Part shown: one piece after another, positions 1-11,067 of the stretch | Layout of the letters: the number at the start of each line of letters is the position of its first letter | How positions within the stretch are numbered: the first letter of the stretch is position 1 | Source of the DNA: Chiloscyllium plagiosum | Taxonomy: Eukaryota | Reading direction: 5' to 3' | Assembly: GCF_004010195.1 (NCBI RefSeq) | Contig: NC_057720.1 | Coordinates: 21,301,882-21,365,881, forward strand | DNA: 64,000 nucleotides | The notes under the pieces: model-generated | Told to the model about the DNA's origin: nothing | Database searches by the model: none | Seen by the model: the letters and a program-made list of their open reading frames with translations, nothing else | Made by a program: the position numbers and the translations under genes

Positions 1-230
1 GTGTCCCAGAGGTGTTCTCTGAAGTGCTCCGCAAGTAGCCGGCCTGTCTCTCCAATATAGAGGAGGCCACATCGGGTGCAGAGGATGCAATAGATGATTT
101 GTGTGGAGGTGCAGGTGAATCTGTTGCAATAGATGATGTGTGTGGAGGTGCAGGTGAATCGATAGGCCGGAGAGGTTGGGAAGAAGATTGCAGGTCAAGA
201 AGGCGGTGCTGAGTCCGAGGGTTGGGACTG
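1..230 (-). mobile_element. Penelope-like element fragments (GIY-YIG endonuclease remnant plus 3' UTR piece)
   Basis: Reverse complement of 1-120 translates FTCTSTQIIYCILCTRCGLLYIGETGRLLAEHFREHLWDT, the YCIxCxxC..YIGETGR motif of PLE GIY-YIG domains. A 36-bp internal duplication lies at 86-121/125-160. 160-230 is an inverted match to ~604-665. Confidence 0.85.
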
Positions 231-351
231 ATTATACAAATTAAGTCTGTTTCCTCTAGAATTTAGAAGGTTAATGTGTGATCAGATCGAAATCTTCGAG
301 ATATTAACAGGACAGATAAGCTACATACATTGGTTGGGATTCTAGAATGAC

Positions 352-885
352 AGTTGCGGAGCGTTTCAGAGAACACCTCTGGGACACCCGGACCAACCAA
401 CCCAACCACCCTGTGGCTCAACACTTCAACTCCCCCTCCCATTCCACCAAAAAAATGCAGGTCTTCGGATTCCTCCATCGCCAGACCACAACAACATGAT
501 GGTTGGAGGAAGAGCGCCTCATCTTCTGCCTAGGAACCCTCCAACCACAAGGCAGGAACGCGGGTTTCACCAGTTTCCTCATTTCCCCTCCCCCCACCTT
601 GTCTCAGTCAAATCCATCGAATTCAGCACCGCCTTCCTAACCTGCAATCTTCTTCCTGACCTCTCCGCCCCCACCCCAGTCTGACCTATCACCCTCACCT
701 TGACCTCTTTCCACCTATCACATTTCCGACGCCCCTCCCCCAAGTCCCTCCTCCCTACCTTTGATCTTAGCCTGCTGGACAAACTTTCCTCATTCCTGAA
801 GAAGGGCTTATGCCCGAAACGTCGATTCTCCTGTTCCCTGGATGCTGCCTGACCTGCTGCGCTTTTCCAGCAACACATTTTCAAT
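352..885 (+). mobile_element. Penelope-like element 3' end: GIY-YIG C-terminus, 3' UTR and terminal repeat
   Basis: Translates AERFREHLWDTRTNQPNHPVAQHFNSPSH...LEEERLIFCLGTLQPQG with a stop. It overlaps the 1-34 sequence in inverted orientation and ends in the GATGCTGCCTGACCTGCTG terminal repeat seen many times in this window. Confidence 0.85.
792..827 (+). ncRNA. Minimal type-I hammerhead ribozyme motif in PLE terminal repeat
   Basis: CTGAAGA (796-802), extra A, stem II GGGC-TTAT-GCCC (804-815), GAAA (816-819), C-GTC (820-823). The palindromic ACGT stem III matches PLE-type minimal hammerheads. Stem I is weak and activity is untested. Confidence 0.7.
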
Positions 886-887
886 TC

Positions 888-3800
888 TTATATAAGAAGC
901 AAGCAGCTAACTAGAGAAAGGATTGGTCCACTAAAGGATAACGAAGGAAGGTTGTGTGTCGAACCTGAGAGAATAGGTGAGATTCTGAATGATTACTTTG
1001 CATCAGTGTTCACTGAAAAGAGGAAGATGATGAATGTTGATTAGTTTGATTACTCTATATCACATTGACATAAGTAGGGAAGATGTGTTGGGTAGGCTAG
1101 AGTTTACTAAGGTGGACAAATCCCCAGTACTGAATGGGATCCATCCCAGGTTGCTGAGGGAGGCGAGAGAGGAAATAGCTGTGGCCCTGACAGATATCTT
1201 TGTGGCATCCTTAAACACAGGTGAGATGCTGGAGGACTGGAGGATTGCTCATGTTGTCCCCCTGTACAAGAAGGGTAGTAGGGATATTCTGGGTAACCAT
1301 AGACCAGTGAGCCTGACGTCAGTGGTGGGAAAGTTGCTGGAGAAGGTACTGAGGGAAAAACTCTATTTATATTTGGAAAAGAATGGGCTTATCCGTGATA
1401 GGCAACATGGCTTTGTGCGGGGGAGATCATGCCTTACCAACTTAATAGAGTTTTTCAAGGAAGTGAGCAAGTTGATAGATGAAGGAAGGGCTGTTGATGT
1501 CATATACATGGACTTTAGTAAGGCGTTTGATAAGTTTCCCTATGGTAAACTAATTGAGAAAGTGAAATCACATAGTGTACTGGGTGTTCTAGCTAGGTGG
1601 ATAAAGAAATGATTGAGCAACAGGAAACAGAGAGTAGTAGTTGAAGGGAGTTTCTCGAAATGGAGAAAGGTGACCAGTGGTGATCCACAGGGATCAGTGT
1701 TGGAGCCACTGTTGTTTGATTTATACATAAATGATCTGGAAGAGGGATTGTTGGTATGATCAGCAAGTTTTCAGATGACATGAAGATTGATGGCGTAGCA
1801 GAAAGCACAGGGGACTGTCAAAGAATACAGGAGAATATAGTTAGACTGAAGAATTAGGCAGAGAAGTGGCAGATGGAGTTCAATCCAGGCAAATGTGAGG
1901 TGATGCATTTTGTGAAGTCTAATACTATAGTAAACGGAAGAGCCTTGGGTAAAGTTGATGAGCAGAAGAGCTGGGAGTTCAAGTCCATTGTACCCTGAAG
2001 GCTGTTGCGCAGGTGGATAGAGTGGCCAAGAAGGCATATGGTATGGTTGCCTTCATCAACAGGGTATTGAGTATAAGAGCAGGTCATGTTAAATTGTACA
2101 AGACATTGGTTCGGCCGCATTTAGAATACTGTGTACAGTTCTGGTCGCCACATTACCAAAAGGATGTGGATGCTTTTGAGAGGGTGCAGAGAAGGTTTAC
2201 GAGGATATTGCCTGGAATGGAAGGTGCTACCTATGAAGAGAAGTTGAGTAGGTTAGGATTGTTTTCATTAGAAAAAGGATATTGAGGGGGGACCTGATTG
2301 AGGTCTACAAAATCGTGAAGGGTATAGAAGGGTATAAATATAAGCTTTTTTCCCTGGGTGAAGGATTCAATAACGTCAGATCTCGTGGTGGGACTGCACT
2401 TTGGTAAAAGTGATCACAACTGCCTCACATTTAGCATAGCCTTGGAGAGTGAAAGGAGCAGTTACCGAGGGAAGATATTTAATTGGGGAAAAGGAAATGA
2501 TGATGCTATCAGACTGGAATTGGGAAGTACAGACTGGGAGCAATTGTTCCATAGAAAGGGCATAGCAGACATGTGGAGACTATTTAAGGAGCAGTTGTTG
2601 CGAGTGATGCACAAATGTGTTCCTCTGAGACCGGTAAGAAGGGGTAAGATTAAGGAACCTTGGATGACGAGAACAGAGGAACTTCTCGCCAAAAGGAAGG
2701 AGGCAGCTTACGTAAGGTGGAGGAAGCAAGGATCTAACACAGCTTTAGAGGATTACAGGCTAACTAGAAAGGAGCTCAGAATTGGACTGAAGAGAGCCAG
2801 AAGGGGGGCACAAAAAAGGCTTGGCAAGAAGGATTAGGGAGAACCCAAAGGCATTTTACTCATACGTGAGGAATAAGAGAATGCTCAGGGAGAAGGTAGG
2901 GCCGATCAGGGATAGCGGAGGGAACTTGTGCGTGGAGTCTGAGCAGATAGGGGAAGCGCTAAATGAGTTTTTTGCTTCGGTTTTCACCAAGGAAAGGGAA
3001 CTTGTTGTAAATGAAAACTTAGAGGAGCTGGGATACAGTCTTGACCAGATCAAGATTGATGAAGTTGATGTGCTAGAAATTTTGGAAAACATTAAGATTG
3101 ATAATCCTAGGCTGCTCTGGGAAGTGAGAAAGGAGGTTGCTAAGCCGTTGGTGAGGACATTTGTCTCCTCACTCTCCACGGGAGTTGTACCGGAGGATTG
3201 GGAGGAGGCGAATGTTGTTCCACTTTTAAAGAAGGGTAATAGGGAAATCCCTGGCAATTACAGACCAGTCAGTCTCATGTCTGTGGTCAGCAAAGTTGTG
3301 GAAAGCATTCTGAGGGATAGGATTTATGACTATTTGGCAAAGCATAGTGTGATTAAAGGCAGTCAGCATGGCTTGTGAGGGGCAGGCCATGCCTCACAAA
3401 TTTTATTGAGTTCTTTGAGGAGGTGTCAAGACAGGTCGATGACAGTCGAGCAGTGGATGTGGTGTATATGGATTTCAGCAAGGCATTTGATAGGGTGCCC
3501 CATGTAGGCTCATTCATAAAGTCAGGTGGTATGGGATACAGGGAGATTTGGCTATCTGGATTCAGAATTGGCTGGCCGACAGAAGGCAGAGAGTGGTTGT
3601 AGATGGAAAGTATTCTGCTTGGAGGACAGTGATGAGTGTGGTTCCGCAGGGCTCTGTTCTTGGGCCTCTACTCTTTGTAGTTTTTATAAATGACTTGGAT
3701 GAGCAGGTTGCGGGGTGGGTGAGTAAATTTGCAGATGACACAAAGGTTGGAGGTGTTGTCGATAGTACAGAGGGCTATTGTACGCTGCAGCGCGACATAG

Positions 3801-4914
3801 ACAGAATGCAGAGCTGGGCTGAGAAATGGCAGATGGAGTTCAACCTGGATAAATGTGAAGTGATGCATTTTGGAAAATTGAACTCGAATGCTGAATAAAG
3901 GATTAAAGAGAGGATTCTTGGCAGTGTGGAGGAACAGAGGGATCTGGGTGTGCAAGTACATAGATCCCTCAAAGTTGCCACCCAAGTGGATAGGGTTGTT
4001 AAGAAAGCATATGGTGTTTTGGCTTTCATTAACAGGGGTATCGAGTTTAAGAGCCGTGAGGTTTTGCTGCAGCTCTACAATTCCTTGGTGAGACCACACT
4101 TGGGATATTGTGTCCAGTTCTGGTCACTCTACTATAGGAAAGATACAGAGGCTTTGGAGAGGGTGCAAAGAAGGTTTATCAGGGTGCTGCCTGGACTGGA
4201 GGGCTTGCCTTCTGAAGAAAGGTTGAATAAGCTCAGACATTTATGTCTGGAGAGAAGGAGGAAGAGAGGAGACCTGATCGAGGTGTACAAAATAATGAGA
4301 GGAATAGATAGAGTCAATAGCCAGAGACTTTTTCCCAGGACAGGATTGACTGGTAAGCGAAGTCATATTTTGAAGATATTAGGAGGAAGGTATAAAGGAG
4401 ATATCAGCGGTAGGTTCTTTATGCAGTGAGTTGTGAATGCATGGAATGCATTGCTGGTAGAAGCAAAGTTATTGGGGACATTTAAGCGACTGCTGGACAT
4501 GCACATGGATAGCAGTGACTTGAGGGGTTAAGTTACTATATTTTACATTAGGATTAAATCTCAGCATAACATCGTGGACCAAAGGGCCTGTTCTGTGCTG
4601 TACTTTTCTATGTTCTAATGAGAGGTCACACTTTCAAGGTGAGAGGTGAAAAGTTTAAGGGGAATATGCATGGGAAGTAATTTACACAGAGGGTGGTAGG
4701 TGCCTGGAACGCATTGCCAGCAGAGGTGGTAGAGGCAGGCAAGGTAGATTCAGTTAAGAAACATCTGGACAGATGCATGAGTAGGGGGGGAGCAGCGGGA
4801 TACAGATACTTAGGAATTGGGCGATAGGTTTAGACAGTGGATTTGAATCGGCTCAGGCTTGGAGGGCCGAAGAGCCTGTTCCTGGGGTGTAAATCTTCTT
4901 TGTTCTATGTTCTT
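888..4914 (+). mobile_element. CR1/L3 LINE family A, 5'-truncated, interrupted by a nested CR1
   Basis: ORF2 RT motifs (QHGF..GRSCLTNL, DFSKAFD, xQGSVL, FSDD) with stops and frameshifts at 888-2375. It resumes at 4621 and ends in a TTCTATG/TTCTTTG tail at ~4914. Highly similar to 34066-35870 (-). Confidence 0.93.
2376..4615 (+). mobile_element. CR1/L3 LINE family B nested in family A copy
   Basis: Starts in the APE C-terminus (SDHN) and runs through RT ([24 protein letters not shown]) to a 3' tail TTCTATGTTC. Flanked by TAACG (2371-2375) and TAATG (4616-4620), a probable TSD. Confidence 0.93.
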
Positions 4915-5144
4915 TGTACCTCAGTCAATTTCCCGCTGATTATTGGAGCTCTACGGTACAATCACAAAAGGTGGTCATCCCTTTCTCATTTCTCAGTTCA
5001 CCCAAATAAATTCACTGGCTGCATTCTCAAGAATATCTTCCAAAGGAACTTCCTCTCCTCATAAAATCCTCCTCCTCTCTTGCCCCCCCGCCTCATCTGT
5101 AGGAATTGACGCCAGTTTGAACTGCTTGAGTGTCAAGTCTTGGA

Positions 5145-6995
5145 ACTTGAGCGTGGCTGGAGGAGATGGGTATGGTTTCAAAATGAAATGGGGAGAGCAC
5201 AGGCTCAACATGTTGTCTTTAGGGAGAGATATAGGAGTTACAAGCCCAGAGAACCCTGGATATCTAGAAATATTCAGGACTGGCTGAGAAGGTAGTGAGA
5301 CGCCTTTGCCAGGTGCAAAAGGAGTGAAACAATGAAGGCCCTGGTAAAGCATAAAAACTGGAGGGGGAATCTTAAGAAACCAATTAGGAGAGCAAAGGGT
5401 AGGGGGCGTGGAAAAAACACTGGCCGGTAAAATTACAGAGAATCCCAAGATGTCCCATAAGTATGTTAAGGGGAAGAGGATAACCAGGAAAAGAATAGGA
5501 CCCATTGGTACTGAGATGACTTTGTCTGTGCATGGAGCTAGAGGATAGCTAGCTGGTAGGAAGATAAACAAATACTTCATTCCTGACTTCACTTTGGAGA
5601 AGGAGGATATTGGTACAGAACCGGGAGAGAAGGACTATGACATTTTTGAGCAGATTGACAGAGGTGTGACAAGGTGTTGGAGGTTTTGGCAAACTTAAAA
5701 ATGGACAAATCCTTAGGCTGAGAGTTGTAGCATAGACTATTGTGGGAGATCAGGGAGGGAATTATAGGAGCTCAAACCCAAAGTATTAATTCCTCTCTGG
5801 CTACATGGGAGGTGCCAGAGGGTTGGAGGACAGGTAGTGTGGTTCACTTTTCAAGATGTGTGGTAGAGATAAGAAAAGAATTACAGACCACTGAGTCTTA
5901 CATCAGTGTTAGAGAAAGTATTGGGGAAAATTCTAAAGGAGAGAATTAATCTCCATTAGGAGAAGGAAGGTTTGTTCAGGAATAGTCGGTGTAGCTTTGT
6001 TCGAGGGCAGTCATGCCTAACTAGCCTGGTTGAAGTTGATCAAGTGTGTAGATGAGGTTAGTGCATTTGATGTAGTTTATTTGGATTTGAGCAAGGCCTT
6101 TGACAAGGTCACACATGGGACACTGATAAAGGTTTATGAATGACATGAGGTGGTTAATAGTGAGGAAGAAGGTCTGAGGTTACAAGAGGATATGAATGGG
6201 CTGGTCACATGGGCCGATCAGTGACAGATAGAATTTAACCTTGAATGCAATTTGGAAGAAATAACAAGAAAAGTGAAAACTCAATGAATGGTAGGAGACT
6301 ATGAAGCTCAGAGGAATAAAGGATTCTTTGGATACTTGTCCACTGATTCCTGAAGGCAGAGATACAGGTTAATAGGGTATATGGATAAGAAGGCATATGA
6401 GATACATGTCTATCAACCATCTCATAGATTTTAAGAGCCAGGAGGTTATGTTGGAGTTGTACAACAGTTTGGTAGATCCCAGCTAGAGTACTGTGTGCAG
6501 TTCTGGTCTCCACACTTTGGAAGGATGTGATTACACTGGAGGAGGTGCAGAGGAGATTGACCAGAATGTTGCATGGATTGAGGCTTTTTGGAATGAAGAG
6601 AGGCTGGATAGGCTTGGGTTGTTTTCTTTAGGACAGAGAAGGCTGAGCAGGAACTTTATTAAAGTGTATAAGATTATGAGGGGCATGACAGGGTAGATAG
6701 GAAGCAGCTGTTACCTCAGTTACAGAGTCAATAAAGAGGGGGCATCATTTCAAATGAAGGGCAGGCGGCTTGGAGGGGATTTGAGGAAAACCTTTTCACC
6801 CAGAGAGTGTTAGGAATCTGGATTGCACTGCCTTGGAATATTGTAGATGGAAACTGCACAAACTTTTTAAAAGTATCTGGATAAGCACTGGAAATGTCAT
6901 AATATTCAAGGCAAGTGCTTGAAAGCAGGATTAATGTTGAAAGGTTGGCACATTGTTGATAGGCTGAAAGGCCTCTGGTGTATGGTATGACTTTA
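5145..6995 (+). mobile_element. Old, internally deleted CR1 LINE
   Basis: Degenerate ORF2 motifs (EVPEGWR, DLSKAFDKV, LEYCVQFWSPH, GLFSLGQRRL) with many stops. Confidence 0.8.
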
Positions 6996-7049
6996 TAACT
7001 CTCTCAGTTCAGATATTAGTCTATTGATGATTTTCTCTGACCTGTTTTC

Positions 7050-7915
7050 ATTGCATTTACATCCTTTTTAAAATAAGGTGCACAGAACTCCCGATGTGAT
7101 CCTACCAGTGCCCTGAATAACTGCAATATATCCTCCCTGTACTTTTGTATTCAATTCCCCTTGTGATAAATGATTTTAGTCTGTTAGCTTTCCTAACTAC
7201 TTACTGTACCTGCATACTAGCATTGTGACTCATGCACAAGGACACCTAGATTCATCTGTATACTAGATCTGTAATGTCTCACTTTTTAGATAACATGCAT
7301 TTTTTATTCTTCCTGTCAAAGTGGACAATTTCATATTTTCCTATGTTATACTCCATTTGTCATATCTCTGTCCATTCATTTAACCTTTCTATTGTTTTAG
7401 CTCCATTGTCCTCTGAACAATTTACTTTCCCACCTATCTTTGTTCCATCAGCAAATTAGGAGATCCTTTCATCCCAGTCATTCTTGTAAATTATAAACAG
7501 TTGAGGTCCTGGCATTGATACCTGTGGAGTGTGTGAGTTCTGAAGAAGGAACGTTGGACCCAAAAAGTTAACTCTGATTTCTCTCCAAAGATGCTGCCAG
7601 ACCTGCTGAGCCTTTCTCACAATTTTTGTTTTTATTGCTTGTGGAATAACACTCATAACATCTTGCCAACCTGAAAAAGTCTTCATGTTAGTTCACCAAC
7701 CTTCTGTCCATGCCAATGTTCTCCTTCACGCACCATGACCTTCTATTTACCTCAATAACTTTGTGCCATCTTATGAAAAGCCTTCTGCAAATTCAATTAT
7801 AACACAACCATCGTTCCCTCTTTATCTACAACATGTGTTACTTCCTCAAATATCTCCAATAGGTTGGTCAAACATGATTTCTCTTTCACAAAACCATGTC
7901 AACTCTGCCTGATTG
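7050..7915 (-). mobile_element. Old CR1 LINE fragments with inserted PLE terminal repeat (~7538-7640)
   Basis: Minus-strand remnants of FADxTK, PQ..PGPQLF and QHGFVK..SCLTNL. 7538-7640 is CTGAAGAAGG...GATGCTGCCAGACCTGCTGAG. Confidence 0.7.
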
Positions 7916-8302
7916 TTCCATGAATTGAGTGAAGGAGTGATGGTCTGAGTGTATAACTGACAGGTAGTGACATTCTGCAGCACCTGGCTTCCCACAGCAG
8001 TTGCCACCCAGTCCAAATTGTGCATTATCTGGGCTTAGATTCATTTGAGATGTTCCTTTTTACAGGAACTGGAGACAACATCAGACTGAATGGGGGGAGA
8101 CTCCTCTGCCCTTCAATTCGGTCTCTGCAGATGACTCTGCCACATGTTCCCCTCTGCTTGTCTTTACATCTGTCAGCTCACAAATGGCTCATTGATAAGC
8201 TCAAGGCAATCAGGTGTCACTCTCATTTAGGAGCAACTGTGTTGTAAACAAATGCAACTTTTATGTCTCCTGTGACTTTGTTCCTGTAAGAACAGACGTA
8301 TT

Positions 8303-9318
8303 ATAGAACATAGAACATAGAAGAATACAGCGCAGTACAGGCCCTTCGGCCCTCGATGTTGTGCCGATCCAAGCCCACCTAACCTACACTAGCCCAGTAT
8401 CCTCCATATGCCTATCCAATGCCCGCTTAAATGCCCATAATGAGGGAGAGTCCACCACTGCTACTGGCAGGGCATTCCATGAACTCACGACTCGCTGAGT
8501 AAAGAACCTACCCCTAACATCTGTCCTATACCTACCCCCACCTTAATTATAGTATGGCGACTAAAACTGCACACAATATTCCAGATGCGGTCGTACCAGA
8601 GTCTTATACAACTGCATCATGACCTCAGGGCTCCGGAACTCAATTCCTCTACCAATAAAAGCCAGTACGCCATATGCCTTCCTCACCGCACTATTTACCT
8701 GGGTGGCAACTTTCAAAGATTTGTGTACATGGACACCAAGATCCCTCTGCTCATCCACACTACCAAGTATCCGACCATTAGCCCAGTACCCCATCTTTTT
8801 GTTATTCTTCCCAAAGTGAATCACCTCACACTTAGCTATATTGAACTCCATTTGCCACCTTTCTGCCTAGTTCTGCAGCTTATCTATATCCCGCTGTAAT
8901 CTGCCACATCCTTCCTCACTGTCTACCACTCCTCCGACTTTCGTATCATCCGCAAACTTGTTCACCCAACCTTCTAACCCCTCCTCTAGGTCATTTATAA
9001 AAATGACAAACAGCAATGGTCCCAAAACAGATCCTTGCGGAACACCGCTGGTGACGGCACTCCAAGATGAACCTTTGCCATCAACTACTACCCTCTGTCT
9101 TCTTCCAGCCAGCCAACTCCTAATCCAAACCTCCAACTCACCCTCAATGCCATACCTCCGTATTTTTTGCAGTAGTCTACCATGGGAAACCTTATCAAAC
9201 GCCTTACTAAAATTTTTATTTTTTTTTTTATTTGCCACTCCTCAGCCCACTGGCCCATCTGATCAAGATCCCATTGTATTCTGAGACAAACTTCTTCACT
9301 GTCCACTACACCTCCAAA
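8303..9318 (-). mobile_element. CR1 LINE family D 3' part, internal deletion near 8548, extra CR1 piece 9230-9318
   Basis: ORFs 8867-9238 and 8561-8851 ([36 protein letters not shown]). (ATAGAAC)n tail at 8303-8320. Same family as 52348-52680. Confidence 0.92.
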
Positions 9319-10754
9319 TGAAAGAAAACTGCCATTATCAGAGTGTACAAATATAGAGAAACAGTAGTAAATAGGGTCAAAGGAAGAAAATATGGCTAAA
9401 AACAAAATTAATGTTTCTTTAAGGACTGCTTGCATGGTAGTTTTTTTTTGAGGTTTGCATTTGATTATTTGCTTTGGTTTTATATTCTCCCTGTCTAATT
9501 ACCTGCACACAGATTTAGGATGCTTCTATGTGTTGTCTAGGTAATGTGTTCTCTCTGTTCAGCTGCCAAAAAAGCTCAAAGCAAGTATTGTCCACTCTTC
9601 ATGTGGCTTTCGGAGTAGTGCGCAACAGTGCTATTTCTGTACTTAGTCTTCCGGCAAACAAAGGTTTATTCAATTGCATATCTCTGTCAATACCGATTAA
9701 GGGATTACAATGCTTTTGTTATTGTATGGCTGTGTTGCATAATATGCTTTTGTAAGCTTACATTTATACAAATAATGTAGATGGGTTTTTACACAGACTC
9801 AAATATCAGAGTGTTATTTGCATTAGTTTTCTGAGCCTAATTTGTTCATATCTTTTCAGATTTGGAGAGGCATAGGAATTACTCTTAGGGCCAGAACAGA
9901 AAGTTGTATCAGTAAAACACAAAGGGAGAAGGCTAGCCAAAGAAAGGTTGCCTCAATGTTTGAAAGTCTCTGAAACTTTGGCAAGAGCCTAACGAAGCCC
10001 AACTTTCCAAAGGTACAGATGGACTTGATGGAAAGAGAGAAGAATGAAGGAAAAACTAAGCTGCAAGTAAGGTCTGCAGAGGAGTGAGGAAGTATCCATC
10101 ACCTGGATCCATCTCTCCTGGCTGTTGAAAGGAATGTGATGCTGCATATGGTGATTGTGAGGAGGGTCACACACAAGGCCACTCAATGGCCAGCATCCCT
10201 CAAGGTCACCATTCGGATATGGCCACAGTAATTAGAACTAAGTTCAGGCCATCACTGACCATTATTGCTCCTGCAGATGGAGCATTCCAGGAGAAATAGA
10301 AATGACTGTTGGCAGCTCAGTAGAGGTGATTAGTCAGGGTATGCTGAATGTTGATCACTTTGCGAGGCTTTGTCTCAGGCAGTGCCATTGAAAGCACAAT
10401 ATTCAATGATCAGAATGCTTCCAAGGGAATAACAACATATATTCAGGAATTCACATATAGACTGGGAACAGCAGAAATGTTGTTATTCAGGTTGTGCAAG
10501 GGGCTCATCATAGGTAGGGCTGCAATGATGCTGATATCATGGTAAAATGAAGCAATGCAAGATAGTTCTTAAATGAAAGTTGATGGTTTCTTTACCTCAG
10601 CAGACTCTGTAAATATTCTTTCATAGCACAACACACTCAGTATTATGATGTCCTAACAACATTTGCAAAGAGGAACCTTCATCTCCACCAAACAACTGCC
10701 AAAGTGACATATGTTCACATTTCCAGATTTATGGATGTATATGGAAAGGTTCCC

Positions 10755-10960
10755 GTGCTAGCATCTGCTGGCTAATTTTTATCCTTCAACTAATATCAGT
10801 CTAATGGATAATTGCTTGTTAACTTTTCTGGTGGTTATGGGGTCTGTTTACACGTAAATTCGTTGTTATGTTTCCCTCTTTATGATGTCGAATTCTACTG
10901 CAAAGTGATTGTAAAGTCCTTCTAATGAGGTCACGCCATGCTATATATAAATGCGAGCAG
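10755..10960 (+). mobile_element. Degenerate Deu-type (SacSINE/AmnSINE-like) SINE remnant
   Basis: Resembles the Deu-SINE core and tail (..TTTATCCTTCAACTAATATC.. to ..GCTATATATAAATGCGAG). Similar remnants at ~17300-17425 (+) and ~58862-58940 (-). Recognised by eye only. Confidence 0.45.
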
Positions 10961-11067
10961 AAACAGTAAGTACTGAAAATATTCAGCAATACAGTGAAAC
11001 TGTTTCTCTCTCCACGGATGCTGCCTGACCTGTGGAGTATTCCTAGAATTTCCTGTTGCTGTATTTT

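Noticed and set aside
9860..10011. Plus-strand exon after TTTTCAG
   Set aside because: Stops in all frames and a weak donor.
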